64,000 nt of DNA from Octopus sinensis (GCF_006345805.1 NC_043002.1:103230001-103294000); one strand, 5' to 3'; shown: positions 11,940 through 25,742, counted from the stretch's first letter. The notes: a model not told the origin generated them from the letters alone. Translations and numbers: made by a program.

Positions 11940-12500
11940 ATTGTCTGTTTTTTGTTTGTTTTATTTCATGTACTGTATTTTTCGTACTTGTAATTTTATT
12001 CTGTATTTTTATTTTTTGTATTTTTATTTTGTATTTTATTTTGTAATTTTATTTTGTATCGTTTTTTTTGTCACATGTTTAACTTTCCTTGATTTTGCCC
12101 CTCTGCGAAGTAACTTTATTTAATTCCTTCGCAGGAAGGATTAGTTCCACGAGTCGTGTTCTGTCCAACCTTCGAAACACGCTGGAGTTGAACTAGGGAC
12201 AGCTGATGAAGGGGATTTTTCCTTGTATAGTTTGTCTTGTACTCTGTTTTTTTCGTTTAGGTCCGTTTCCACGTTTGTATTTACGTTTTCGTTTCTCGTT
12301 GAGTTCTACGTCTATTGTGGTGTCCTGTACTCACGTATATCTATTTATATATGCATGTATATATACATGTAGATGTAGGTACATATATATATATGTATGT
12401 ATGTATGCATATATTTTATTTATTACACTATTGTATGACTGAGCGCCCTCGCGTCGATTCGATTCGTTTTCATTTCGTTTCATCTCCTCCAAGTAAGTTT
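11940..12500 (+). mobile_element. Probable PLE 3' UTR / pseudo-LTR fragment (T-rich) carrying a rearranged hammerhead
   Basis: T-rich tracts lie on both sides of a hammerhead-core cluster, and the segment ends at a (TA)n array. No ORF is present, so the assignment is inferred from the HHR and composition. Confidence 0.45.
12155..12214 (+). ncRNA. Hammerhead motif with non-circularly permuted strand order
   Basis: CGTGT-T-CTGTCC (12155-66), aa, CCTTC-GAAACACG (12169-81), a 15-nt linker, then GGACAG-CTGATGA-A-GGGG (12197-214). Stem III has 5/5 Watson-Crick pairs, stem I has 6/6, and stem II has 4 bp with two G-U pairs. Confidence 0.7.
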
Positions 12501-12544
<44 letters not shown>

Positions 12545-12545
<1 letters not shown>

Positions 12546-13420
12546 ATGTTAAAGTAACAGTTTTAGAGAAATACCGTCGGTTTCATATCAAGTGTGAACT
12601 AGACATATCTTCTGTTTCTCTAAACTATAACTGCTCTCTGCAAAGAATAGTTTTTAAAAAACGCAAGAATGCCGTTGGTGGTTGAAGAATTGTTCCGCTA
12701 AAAATTCATGGTCGGGCGAGTTGTCTTCCTTCGCTTGATAGCTAGTTTTTCCAGTTTAGAAGCAAAAATTTCCGAAAATGTTCAAGTAGCCTCCTGGCTC
12801 ATGTAAGTTATTTCTGCCATACGCAATTTACATGTCCTCGTTCTGTTGCGATAGTGTCCACAAGTTTCTAGTAATTTCTACACGATGTTAAAGGGCGTAA
12901 GATCGACCTTGAGGCACCATACGTATGCTGCGAGTGCCGTTGTGTTGAGTCTCTCTCACCGGCATCCAGAAAGAAGGTCTGAGGTTGTTCAGGCGAATTT
13001 TAAATTTGGATTCACAACATCCGACATAAATTTTAGTGTGTGAACCTGCGTTGGCATTGATGTTACTGTTATTTGTGCTGCTCTGTGTTGACGCTACCTT
13101 TGCTTGGTACACTTTAGCCTCGGTGTTACATCGGCCGTCCACTGGGCATTCATTTCTAACCTTGCATCAACAACCTACCTCTGTCCGTGGTTTAGGAGTA
13201 CTAAGTAATTATTTCTTAACATTGGGTGCACAACTGAAAGAGATCCTTAAATTATGTCTGTTAAAAATCTTTCTATATTTGTGTGATCGCTTGAAATACT
13301 CATCCACCAACCTAAGAAAAATCTTACCTACGCATGTCTGGACGATTAAGGAGTGCGAGGAACGAACCATAAGGTGTTGCGGTGACGTTTACTTTTATGA
13401 ATCCTGATGTATATACTATA
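12545..13420 (-). mobile_element. Decayed Penelope-like element 3' part (thumb, GIY-YIG, HHR)
   Basis: Minus translation gives FLRLVDEYFKRSHKYRKIFNRHNLRISFSCAPNV...CKVRNECPVDGRCNTEAKVYQAKV...IYVGCCESKFKIRLNN, with stops and frameshifts. Confidence 0.85.
12562..12624 (-). ncRNA. Type I hammerhead with U4->A core change
   Basis: Minus: TTTAGAGAAA-CAGAAGA-t ATGTC...GATAT-GAAAC CGACG GTA-TTTCTCTAAA. Stem I has 10 bp, stem II 5 bp and stem III 3 bp; the triplet is GUA. Confidence 0.75.
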
Positions 13421-14881
13421 TAGTCTTTGAACTCATTGCTGTTTCTTGTTCGAAAATCTGAAACTATTAAATGACTTATATAATTCCTCCCAACTATCTG
13501 AGTGAGCAACCTGTTAAATGTCAAAAATTGCATAAATGTATTTTTTAATGCATCAACTCTAGTCTGTCATAAATTATTTATCGATGTGTACAGATAAGGT
13601 TGTATGTTAAATACAAGAGTATGACGTTGGTAAATGATTACGATAGAAATATAAATTATCTCATCAAATTCCTGTGATGCTCTATTTCATTTCAACAGGG
13701 TATAATATAATTCTATGAATAAACTAGAGACAAAAATGAAGCAAAAGAAAAATATTAATAAGGTTCATGAGAAGGAAAGCAGAGACTGAGGTAAAGAAAT
13801 GCATTCTCAAACGCATACAAATCTGTTTTCATGTAGGTTTATATTGCGTTTTTAGTCAGAACCTGTGTGTGCGCTTGCGTGTGTGTTCGCGCGTGCATAT
13901 GTTTGCATATACGTATTCCACTAAAATTTATTGCTGAAACTGCAGTAGTGAGTCACGTGGTAAAATTCTAAAATCACTGATCGAAGTATCTTCTTCTAAC
14001 TGTTGTTAGATGTAGGCATTTCCTAGACATTGCGACTCACTCTGGTGTTGTTCTTGCCTATGACTTAATAATTCACATCCGAAATTTATTCAGTCCCACA
14101 ACGCTGTACTGAAATTCAAACTACATGAGATTCTATTCGTATCTGTATTATACGGTGATGATTTATATCTGCATTATACGGTTATGATTATACGGCCAAT
14201 GTAACGTAAGTAACTATAAACAAAGAAGTAGGTTGAACGCCTTTAAAACATGGTAATTGGCAGAATGTCAGAAGGACATTTTATGACAGTAAAAGAAGTT
14301 AATAATTACTCATTCTGTTTGTAGTACCATCTACGTACTATTGTAGACCCATGTATAAGTATTTTACGTGTAATATTTCCACATATATCGTCCACATTCA
14401 GCATATACAGTGTTCGATTCACAAGGTTGCTGAGTCTAGTTTCGATTATAATTTCTGGGTTTCAAGTTGGTTACTCTCAAGACCATTGCATTCTATTGTA
14501 ATCGCGTATGTGACATTTCTTATTACACTTCGACTGCTTCTGCGCCATCTAGAAGTTCCGTGTCACATGTTTCCCCTCTGCATTCAATATTGAAGTGTCT
14601 CTTCCATCAATATAATATTAAGTTCAAGTGAGATATCGAAATGTTTTTCTAATGGAGTGTATATTCAATAAATGTTTATTACTGTCACATACGGTTGAGA
14701 GAGCTGGAACCTGTAGAAAGGAAAAAAAAGAGAACAAATCGCAGCTGCAAGCTAAGAACAATGCAACGTGCTCCTGGCAGAATTAAGCTCGACATCACAT
14801 GTTAAATTTATTTAATTTAAATTTAGATACCAGAAAGAATACGAAATACACATGCAATCGTGTATGTATATATGTGTATAT

Positions 14882-14954
<73 letters not shown>

Positions 14955-15740
14955 GGTATGTATGTATGTATGTATGTATGTATGTATGTATGTATGTATG
15001 TATGTACGTATGCATGCATGTATGTATGAAATAAAATCTCCAAACTATGTTGATGTATTGTTAATGTAATTTGATACTGAAAGCCGTTGAGTGTAATATT
15101 TTCAAATCAAATGACGAATCTGGAGATGATTGATATGAAAATATGATATATATTCATAATGTTCAGCAGGGAGTAATCAGTATTTACAATTCTATTGAAT
15201 GCTCTGTGAATATCAAATAGTGAAGTCTTTGTAGCAAGATAATAAGAAATTATAGCCTTAACCATTGTTTGTAAATCAAACATAATATTTAGCTAAATAT
15301 GTTCTTTTTCTTTTGCTGCTGTTGTTTCTTGTTGTCATATAGAGATCGCAATGATTAAATTTCTGTTTAAAATTCAACGTCATTCGGTACTCTAGATATA
15401 GTACAATTCTACTGTATTAAATAGAGATAGAAATATAATGGAACATGTGTAGGGTTAGTATAAAAATAGTCAATATTTTATACAGTGTACATGCATATTA
15501 AAACTCAACATATTTATTATAGAGATATATATAGTGAAAATCATTTGTACACGCTGCTTAGATTTGTATCTAATATCGCAAACAGGAAGAGCAAAATGCA
15601 CACAGAAACGACATGACAGGATGCTAAACGGTGTTTGAACGACGCTTCACCAAATCCTTACCAAAGAAGGAGAACTTGAATTCCGTTCGTTATTAGAGAC
15701 TTTGCTCCAAATATTACGTATTCGCTCTAAATATTATGTT

Positions 15741-16644
15741 TCAAGAAGTTCCTGGACTAGTCCTGTAACGTGCCAGCAGTTGATAGCACACGGTTGAGTG
15801 CACAGCGAGAACTAGCAGTGACCTTTATGAGGCGGTATGCCATGCGACATTGCTGTGTTTATTCCGCAGGTTATGAAATTTGTGGTTTTGTGATCACGTG
15901 TATGATGTAGTCGGCGAGTTTGTCATGGACAAGAACAAAGAGTTGGAACAAAGAGTTAACGTGAAATTTGGTGTTAAACTTGGAAAGTCTGCAACAGAAA
16001 CATGAAGTATGCTTCGACAAGCTCACAGCGACGAGGCAATGGGTCGTACGCAATGTTTCGAGTTGCACAGGCGCCTGAAAAGAAGATGAACGTCCCTGGA
16101 AGATGATGAGCGATCTGGAAGTCCTGGCACTTGCGTCACGCACGAAAATGTGGAGATAGTTCATCAGTTTTTGCAGGAGGTTTGTCGGAGGACAATCGAC
16201 GATGTTTGGAAACGTTTGAGGTTGGGGGACATTCGGAGGAAGCAACCAGATCTGTGGAGCGTGAGGAATCGGTTTGTTCACGACAATAACGCACCCTGTC
16301 ACTGAGCTATCGCTAGTCGTGAGCTTAGCGCCAAAAACAACATGGTATAGCTTCCGCACCCGCTCTAGAGTAGCATCTGCGGGCTTTTATCTGTTCTCTA
16401 AGATGAAACATGCAATTGAAAGGTCACTGCTTGAACACCGTTGTCGAGAACAAGAGCGAATCGCTGAAGGTCCTCGACTCGTTTCCGGCAAACAACCTCC
16501 AGGCTCGATTGCAAAAATGGCGGGAACGCTGAGATCGGTGTATTGCTGTGCAAGGTGACACTTTCGAAGAGGATGATGTTAAAAGTTTGTTTCAGCTATT
16601 TATTTTTTTAAACATTACTAGTCCAGTAAGTTTTTGATGCCCTC
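15741..16644 (+). mobile_element. Mariner DNA transposon remnant, internally deleted
   Basis: N-terminal HTH MDKNKELEQRVNVKFGVKLGKSATET...EDDERSG, then HDNNAPCH and FYLFSKMK motifs. Imperfect TIRs are TCAAGAAGTTCCTGGACTAGT (15741-61) and ACTAGTCCAGTAAGTTTTTGA (16617-37). Confidence 0.85.
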
Positions 16645-19104
16645 ATGTGAACTTGATTCCAAAGATTTAAAAGTGCAGATAGCTTATTGGTGTTAGAGTA
16701 ATTTCACTGTCGGAAGTACTGAATATATATCCGTACTATCAAAATAAGTTTTCAAATACGCGATATGAAAAGAGTAAAGTTTTTCCCGATTTCTCATTAT
16801 TGTTTTCTTGTCTTAGGTTTTCTAAATTTTCAACCTTCTCTGTTTTGATATTTAGAATAGTATCACCTTATCTTCTTTATTCCAATATATATTTCCCCAA
16901 TAAAATAAATATCCCGAAAAGCCGTGGTTAAATATCGTACAAAGTCATACTTATTTCCCTCCAACAGGTTCGTTAATATACATTTCAGTAAAGTACTGTA
17001 ATCAATAGAATTTATTTAAAAGCTACCCAATTCTTTAAATGTATCCCTACAAATCAATTTGTGCTGATGCATATATTGTATAAATTATGTAGCTAACTGT
17101 ACGATGATATGACGGAAAATAAACAGGCCAAAAGTCAGTTCAAATCTGTTAAAAATATATTTGAACTTGTAAAATATTTTCACAAGAGTTTCGTTACAAG
17201 ATGTTAAAACACCCGCGGCAAGCTGAGAGCGACTTCTATGGATGCAAGATACACTTCGAGTTCCTTAGTGCTCTTTAGTAACAGATACCAAGAGAGGCAA
17301 CTCGAACAGGAAAGCTGAGTTCTCTTTATAAGAATTAGTCAATGCGGTGTAGACAGCCAGGGCGGGCTTGCAAAACAGTGACGGAAGATGAGCAAATTTT
17401 ATATATCAACAGGATTTTATATCTTCAAGAATTCTAACAACACGGTTTGCATTAAACCAAATAGGGAGCCCTCAACGAGGTCGCTCAATAAAAAAAAATA
17501 GCAACCGAATTACCCCCAGATCAGTGTACCGTCTAAAAAGGGGATCGGCAACATTGCATTATACAAACCAAAAATATTATGCTTGAAAATAAATAAATTT
17601 CCGGTGGTCCCGTATGGAACCAGTTCAGTCCTCTCTGCTATATTAAAGCACACCCCTGGCTCACTCTGTTAACAAATATCAATATATTATCTATCAATTT
17701 GTATCGTATCACTTAAAAAAGAAATATAATGGATATTGCAATCCAACGGAGACTGACTGAGGAGAAAAAAGGCGAAATGGTCACGGCTGGCTACCATTTG
17801 ATGAGATGCGTGTTTGAGGAACACTGAATTGTGGTTAAGATACTAAGTCAGCAAGTTGAAGTATGCGAACCATAATTCTATCGATTCGTTTACAGTCTAG
17901 ACAGAGGTACGAAACTAAATAGTGCAATGTCTTTACTTTAGCATTTTCATACTTCCTGAGTCACATACACTGTCTTATAAGAAATCATTGTAATAGAAAC
18001 TCTATTATCTTAAAGAAGTCGTTGGTTTGTACTTATAGTTCAGCGAACACTTAAAAAGATTTCATTCATTAAATCACGTACGAATTGTTGCGGAAAATAG
18101 ATTTCTCTTTGCAAGGCAGCTTCACTTCCTCAAATGATTGGTGGAAATCTGCAAATTCCTGACAGAATACACAGATTTGTCAGTAACCTAGTTTATGACA
18201 AGCGGCCATGGGTCAGTTTTCTATGAGTTTGCTATCAGTTCTTTTGAAATTACTTCAGCCCACACTTAATGTGATATACTAAGAATGCCAAAGAAATTTA
18301 GTACAAAATCGTATATTGTTTAATGATTTTCCTACAGTATAGACTGTAATAGAATATTCTAGTTTGGATAAGGGCCAATTCGTTCACGTCCCTGTAGATT
18401 GTGTAAACTGTAGATATATTGAAAAAAAATAGTTTTCTAAATATTTATATAAGGCAATCTTAAAAAAGAATTCTGTGAACAACAACAGATTTTCTCTTTA
18501 AAATAATATATTATACAAGTTCAGATTTTAGACAAGTCGTGAACAAACCATAGAACCATACTCTGCAACGGGCAAAGGGCCATTCATCTTAACGGCTTAT
18601 ATTACATAGTTGTAAATCATAAGCTATTTGTGGTGTGGGTAACTTACGTTGTAACGGGTAAGTGAGTAATTCTAAAGTAGTCAACGATATAATTCGTATG
18701 TGGTCGGGTCAATATTTCCCAATCATTGCAAAGCGTGCTTGCTAGCATAATCTTCAATAGACAGTGAAAATATGAGATAACTGTGTAAGATTAAAACAAT
18801 TCACTTAACAATATACGTGCGTAAAACTAATTTTTCAGAGTCCAGTAAATCAATAGCGGTGTAAATAATATAGAATGTTTAATTACATGTGAGTAATGGG
18901 AAGACTGACTGTGCAGAGTCTGGTGTATGGTGGCACACATTGGCTAATGCGCACGTTGGCGATGCTATTCGTGTAGATGTTGTGGTTGTTGCTGTATATC
19001 CTCGTGATTGTTGCTGTTCTTCTTCTTGCTGCTGTTGTTTAGCCCGATGTGAAACTTGTTTGACCAGACGTAAAATCAAAAGATGCTACAGCTATATCAA
19101 CCCG

Positions 19105-19141
19105 ATTGCTGCTGCTGCTACTACTGCTACTACTACTACTA

Positions 19142-19192
<51 letters not shown>

Positions 19193-19323
19193 CACCACTA
19201 CTACTACTACTACTGCTACTGCTGCTGCTACTACTACTACTACTACTACTATTACTAAAACAACAACAAGAACTACTACTACCACTACTACTACTACCAC
19301 TTCTACTACTACTACTACTACTT

Positions 19324-19395
<72 letters not shown>

Positions 19396-19734
19396 ATACT
19401 GCTACTACTACTACTACCACTACTACTACTGCTGCTGCTGCTGTGACTACTACTACTACTACTACTACTAATATACTAAAAAAACAAGAAAAACTACTAC
19501 TACCACTACTACTACTACACTACTACTACTATACTATACTTCTAATACTACTACTATACTACTAACCACCACCACACATACTACTACTACTATGCTACTG
19601 CAACTGATGTGCTGGCTTCTACTACTACTTACTACCTACTATACTAAAACAACACAACTACTACTACTACCACTACTACTACTACTCCCTCACTCTAACT
19701 ACTACTACTACTACTCTACTACTACTACTACTCC

Positions 19735-19767
<33 letters not shown>

Positions 19768-19930
19768 TCAGAAGAGAAGAAGAAGAAGAAGAAGAAGGAG
19801 AAGAAGAGAAGAAGAAGAGAAGAAGAAGAAGACGAAGACGAAGAGAAGAAGAGAAGAAGAAGAGAAGAAGAGAGAAGAAGAAGAAGAAGAAGAAGAAGAA
19901 GAAGAACAACAACAACAACAACAACAACAA
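19105..19930. repeat. Compound trinucleotide array (CTG/CTA/CCA, then AAT, GAA, CAA)
   Basis: Directly visible. Confidence 0.97.
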
Positions 19931-20872
19931 TAGTTTCAGATTTTGCTATGAGATCAGCAATTAAGGGGAGGGAATGTGTCGATTACATCGAACGCAGTAT
20001 TCAACTGAACTAATTTTATCGATCTCGAAATAAGGATGGAAAGTAAAGTCAACCTCCGCGGAATTTGAACTCAGAAGGTAAGGACGGACAAAATACTGCT
20101 AAGTATTCTGCACGGCATGATAACGAAAGGTGGGGGTGCTGAATAATGCTTAGCAGTATTTCGTCCGTCCTTGCGTTGAGAGTTCAAATTCCACCGAGTT
20201 TACCGTTCAACCCCTTTGGGAACGGTGAGGAAATGTGCACCATTCCAGCTCTGGGTTCCTTGTCACTTAAATTTACCGACTTTCAAACTATTTAGACGTG
20301 TGCTTCTTTTACAAACACCCCTCATCTGCATAAAGAAGGGCAGGGGATGGTAGAAACGTTAAATCGCTGATCAAGGAAACTTGCAATCATAAATTGTTTT
20401 AAGACAGAAATTAAACTAGGAGTATCGTTAGCACGTGGAATCAATATCCCTAGCGCTATTTTATCCGGCTCCTAAAATTTGAGATCAAAATCTGCTGAGT
20501 TTGACGTCTTTCGTTTGTTTTGGGCTTGATAAATTAAGTCTAGTCGAACACTGCGGTAGATGTAGTCGAGTGGTCACCTCCTACAATATTTGTGCTTATA
20601 GTAGAATGCATATTAGCTTACATTCTTCAATAACTTCGGTGCAAATCAACAGTGAAGAATTTTTTTTCAATAACATATAAGCTGAGCACAGAATAGAAAA
20701 CCGCAAGCAATCCGAGCAATAACGCATCAATTCATTTTGAAATGGCTCTGGCAGATTCAAAATTGAATATGAGATCATCGTTGATTTACTTTATCGGAGA
20801 GCATCTCCTCAATTTAGACTCTGTGTGGCCATAATACACGCGATTCACCGGTGTAAGGGGACTTTGAGATAC

Positions 20873-21257
20873 TAGGAAGCACTCCGTCGGTTACGACGAT
20901 GAGGGTTCCGGTTGATCCGAATCAACGGAACAGCCTGCTCGTGAAATTAACGTGTAAGTGGCTGAGCACTCCACAGACACGTGCACCCTTAACGTAGTTC
21001 TCGGGGATATTCAGCGTGACACAGAGAGTGACAAGGCCGGCCCCTTGAAATGCAGGTTTAACAGAAACAGGAAGTAAGAGTGAGAGAAAGTTGTGGTGAA
21101 AGAGTACAGCAGGGATCACCACCATCCCCTGCCGGAGCTTCGTGGAGTTTTTATGTGTTTTCGCTCAATAAACACTCACAACGCCCGGTCTGAGAATCGA
21201 AACCGCGATCCTATGACCGCGAGTCCGCTGCTCTAACCACTGGGCCATTGCGCCTCC
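20873..21257 (-). mobile_element. tRNA-derived SINE (family A), complete, with 12-bp TSD
   Basis: Near-identical to 362-747. TSD ACTTTGAGATAC lies at 20861-20872 and 21258-21269. Confidence 0.9.
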
Positions 21258-21621
21258 ACTTTGAGATACAGGAACGTTTCGAGTACATAGCGTGTCACTT
21301 CAGTTGCAGCTAAACCGCCAGGCCGATTAATCTAACAAAAGCACGTGCTCTTCTTTGTAACTATGAGCGAAGAATTTATTTGTTGATGCGTGCTTCATGT
21401 CTGTCAAACAGATAATAATTCATGGGGTGCACGTAAAATAATGAAAATCCAAACAATAACGCTTCTCTTCCTTCACTCCATTACAGCCGGGAATTGCGTG
21501 TGTAATGAACACACAGCTTCTAGTTTGAGGTGATGTTGGCCGAGCAAGAAAAACAACAGCGATCAGATATTCACATTCAATTCTGCCAGAATGCATAAAG
21601 AATTTATAGATACGCCATTAT

Positions 21622-21856
21622 TTGTTTCTTTATTACCCACAAGGATCTAAAGATGGAGGGGACAAACAAGGACAGACAAACGGATTAAGTCGATTACATC
21701 GACCCCAGTGCGTAACTGGTACTTAATTTATCGACCCCGAAAGGATGAAAGGCAAAGTCGACCTCGGCGGAATTTGAACTCACAACGTAACGGCAGACGA
21801 AATACGGCTACGCATGTCGCCCGGCATGCTAACGTTTCTGCCAGTTCGCCGCGTTT
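21622..21856 (-). mobile_element. SINE family B
   Basis: Minus begins GCGGCGAACTGGCAGAAACGTTAGCA...GAGTTCAAATTCCGCCGAGG. Homologous to 26199-26430 and 48294-48527. An imperfect 14-bp TSD (AGATACGCCATTAT / AGATAAGCCATTAT) flanks it. Confidence 0.85.
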
Positions 21857-22633
21857 AGATAAGCCATTATCGTCAGCAAAAATTTCCCACGTGCAAACGA
21901 TCTAAATATTAACAAGTTCAAATCACACCGAGGTGAAATCGCATTTCTTAATTCGCTAGGGGATAAAATAAAGGAGCAATATGCACAAGAATCGGTTTTT
22001 CATTGATTCTATACAACACGAAAATTATGGAATAGTGTCAATGTCGAAGTCAATGATATTAATTGAGGCCTGTGTGTCAGCAAAGTTCATTGTTCAGTTT
22101 TATAAATTTACGTGCTGAGTGTAACAGATTTCATACAATGGTCCATTTGGTCTGAGTAACCTAGTTCAACAGCCATGGAGCAGGTGTATAGCTGTTGACG
22201 GACCCAAACATAGATTTGATGTCGGTTATCAAAACCTGCCTTATATTTGTTTTGCCTTCTTAGATTGTTTTTTAAAAGCAGAAGAATGTTGTCTGAAGAA
22301 AATGTATTTGCTGTTTCAGATGTGAATAACGACAGCACACGTAGATCTCAAACTGAGATTCTCATACAAAAGCATAAAGCATCTTCGATACTGTTGGGCC
22401 ATGGTACTAACTCAGTGCTGATGAATTCTATGGTGTCATATTCCTCGTACTCGTAATGGATTGATATATTCTTGCATGCATTTTAATTCCCACTCCACTA
22501 TTTAATGAGTTGATATTATTTAACACGAGAAGTTACGTTTTAAGTCAAAGAGAATAAACTCAAACTTACACACAAATATATATATACATGTGTATATAAA
22601 TGTGTTTGTATACCACACACACAAATATAAAAT

Positions 22634-22725
<92 letters not shown>

Positions 22726-22899
22726 TGTGTGTGTATGTTTGTCTGTACGTATACGTGTCTACTATGTACCCACACAAACACACACATATATATACATATA
22801 TAAACATGTAATTTCATCTATGTATCTATTAATTCTCTATAATTCTCTTCGCTCTCTCACTCTCACTATATACTATATATAAGGTAGAAAGTATGGTGG

Positions 22900-22958
<59 letters not shown>

Positions 22959-24071
22959 GTATATATACATACATGCACATGACTACCTGAGTGAGCACAT
23001 GCATATATGGAAAAACTGACAAGTCAAATCTGATTTCTAGTTTGCCTGTGACACATTTCCTTCACCGACTCTTTTCAAACATAATATGTTCTTGTTTTGC
23101 CATAGATCAGTCTTCCTAGAATGTTTTAACGTCCTTCTAACAAATTCCTTGAACAATGTTTTTGATCAATCCGATCAATTACGAAAATATTTAAAGGCGT
23201 CGCTGCTTACTGTATTCGTGGAAATAAATACTAAACTGTTCATACTGATATTAGCTGTGATTAAAATATTGTGTGGAAAACATTGAAATTAATGAATGTA
23301 CAACTGACGATTGTAAATACATTGTATATATATATATCACTTCCATAGAAGATGCTAACGAACTGAATTTAAGCTAGTTTAGAAATTTATGGAAACAAGC
23401 GTTCATGAATACTCTATAGAATATACGTATATCTAGATATTATATTTATAGAGGAAATTTTTTAAAAAGGATCAGTAAATGCACCAATTATGAGGCAAAT
23501 GTAATAAATACGGTTATGTGCGAAGCTTGCAGAAAATTGAACATCTATATTCAATCACATGAAAAATGTATCATAAAATAAAAAAACAAACGAACATACA
23601 AAAGAAATTCGCTGCCTTTTAATATGCTTAGACATAGATGTGAGACCATTTTAAACGCGCTGATGAAGAATAACTAGGATTTTTCATACAAAGAGAACTT
23701 CTATTTATCACTTAAAAACTAATTCCATTTCACAGCTAACTGAAATAATAGCTGTAGGTAAATCTTGAATACGAAATGCCATCTTTCACAGAAGTCACAT
23801 CTCTGTCAGTTCAGAATACAAAAGTCTTATTATATCGGCATTAGTGGATAGAAAGAAATAGTGAAGTGAAAACAGCTTGTTGATATGAGGATACGATTGA
23901 AGACGGAGACAGCACAAGTCCTGAACTGCGTATTACGTTCGACAGCATCGAAGATTGTTGGCGCTCAACAGTAATCTATCAGAAAGTAGATTCAATATAG
24001 TGAAGGAATATAAATCAACCGATAAAACTGGATTGTTCTTCTTGGGGATAGTATAAATATATATATATATA

Positions 24072-24104
<33 letters not shown>

Positions 24105-24365
24105 TATATATATATATTATATATATACATATATGTTCTTCTAGGAGATAGTAATATATGTATATATATGTATATAAAGATATATAATATATATATACAT
24201 ATATGTATATATATATATATTTATATATATATACATATATATCAATATATATATACACAAATAAATTATTTTTCATATATATGTTTATTTTCTTACACAT
24301 TTATACGTGGTGCGTGAAATTGACAGTCAAGATTCATACACACACTCACACACACACACACACAT

Positions 24366-24416
<51 letters not shown>

Positions 24417-24499
24417 CGGACATATATATATATCCGTAAGTACATACCTACATATATATATATTATGTATGTGTGTGCGTGTGCGTGTACATAAAATAT

Positions 24500-24550
<51 letters not shown>

Positions 24551-24563
<13 letters not shown>

Positions 24564-24879
24564 CAGGCACATACGCCCGCACACAATGCCTATATATGCA
24601 GACCACATTAATATTTGAAGATAAGTCAAAGATATATTGCGAGGTGAACGTCTTTCAGATTTCCTCTGTATTTCATTTCTTGGCCGTAATATTAGATATC
24701 AGGAAATATTGTCTTAAAGAAATATTTATAAGCATTCTTAGTCTATTCCTGAAATCAGTATATTCGGCGGTATCTATAATCGGCTGCTAAACACCATTGC
24801 AACTCACATACTCACGGGGCACACATATATCTGTATATACACTGATACCAACAAATATATTTACATAAACCCATACGTG

Positions 24880-24911
<32 letters not shown>

Positions 24912-25084
24912 TGTATGTATGTATGTATGTATGTATGTATGTATGCATGTATACATATAATGTATGTTTGTATGTGTTTGTATACATTGCTAGTAAGAAG
25001 CTTGCAATAATACATCGCAAAATTGCAAGCTTCTTACTAGCAATGTATACACACACAAACATACATTATACCAATATGTCTTTA

Positions 25085-25153
<69 letters not shown>

Positions 25154-25469
25154 CAGGCACATACGCCGCACACACAATGCCTATATATGCAGACCACATT
25201 AATATTTGAAGATAAGTCAAAGATATATTGCGAGGTGAACGTCTTTCAGATTTCCTCTGTATTTCATTTCTTGGCCGTAATATTAGATATCAGGAAATAT
25301 TGTCTTAAAGAAATATTTATAAGCATTCTTAGTCTATTCCTGAAATCAGTATATTCGGCGGTATCTATAATCGGCTGCTAAACACCATTGCAACTCACAT
25401 ACTCACGGGGCACACATATATCTGTATATACACTGATACCAACAAATATATTTACATAAACCCATAGTG

Positions 25470-25501
<32 letters not shown>

Positions 25502-25690
25502 TGTATGTATGTATGTATGTATGTATATGTATGCATGTATACATATAATGTATGTTTGTATGTGTTGTATACATTGCTAGTAAGAAGCTTGCAATAATAC
25601 ATCGCAAAATTGCAAGCTTCTTACTAGCAATGTATACACACACAACATAAATTATACCAATATGTCTTTATATATTATTATATATATATA
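24551..25690. repeat. Near-perfect tandem duplication, period about 590 bp
   Basis: Unique sequence starting GTACAGGCACATACGCC recurs at 24561 and 25151. The copies differ mainly by small indels and microsatellite length. Confidence 0.92.
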
Positions 25691-25711
25691 TATGTTGTGG
25701 GTGTGTGTGTG

Positions 25712-25742
<31 letters not shown>

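Noticed and set aside
11233-11940. Coding-like minus-strand stretch between the CR1 tail and the T-rich tract
   Set aside because: Possibly a decayed retroelement, but I found no diagnostic motif in any frame. The CTGAAGA inside it has no GAAA partner.
18889-19964. Poly-Thr mucin-like, poly-Leu and poly-Glu/Arg ORFs
   Set aside because: Trinucleotide arrays that are open in most frames, with no unique domain or convincing splice context.
19960-20560. Several SINE family B-like scraps (also at 4330-4440, 47650-47765 and 50338-50415)
   Set aside because: Recognisable but too decayed to delimit; ordinary repeat debris.
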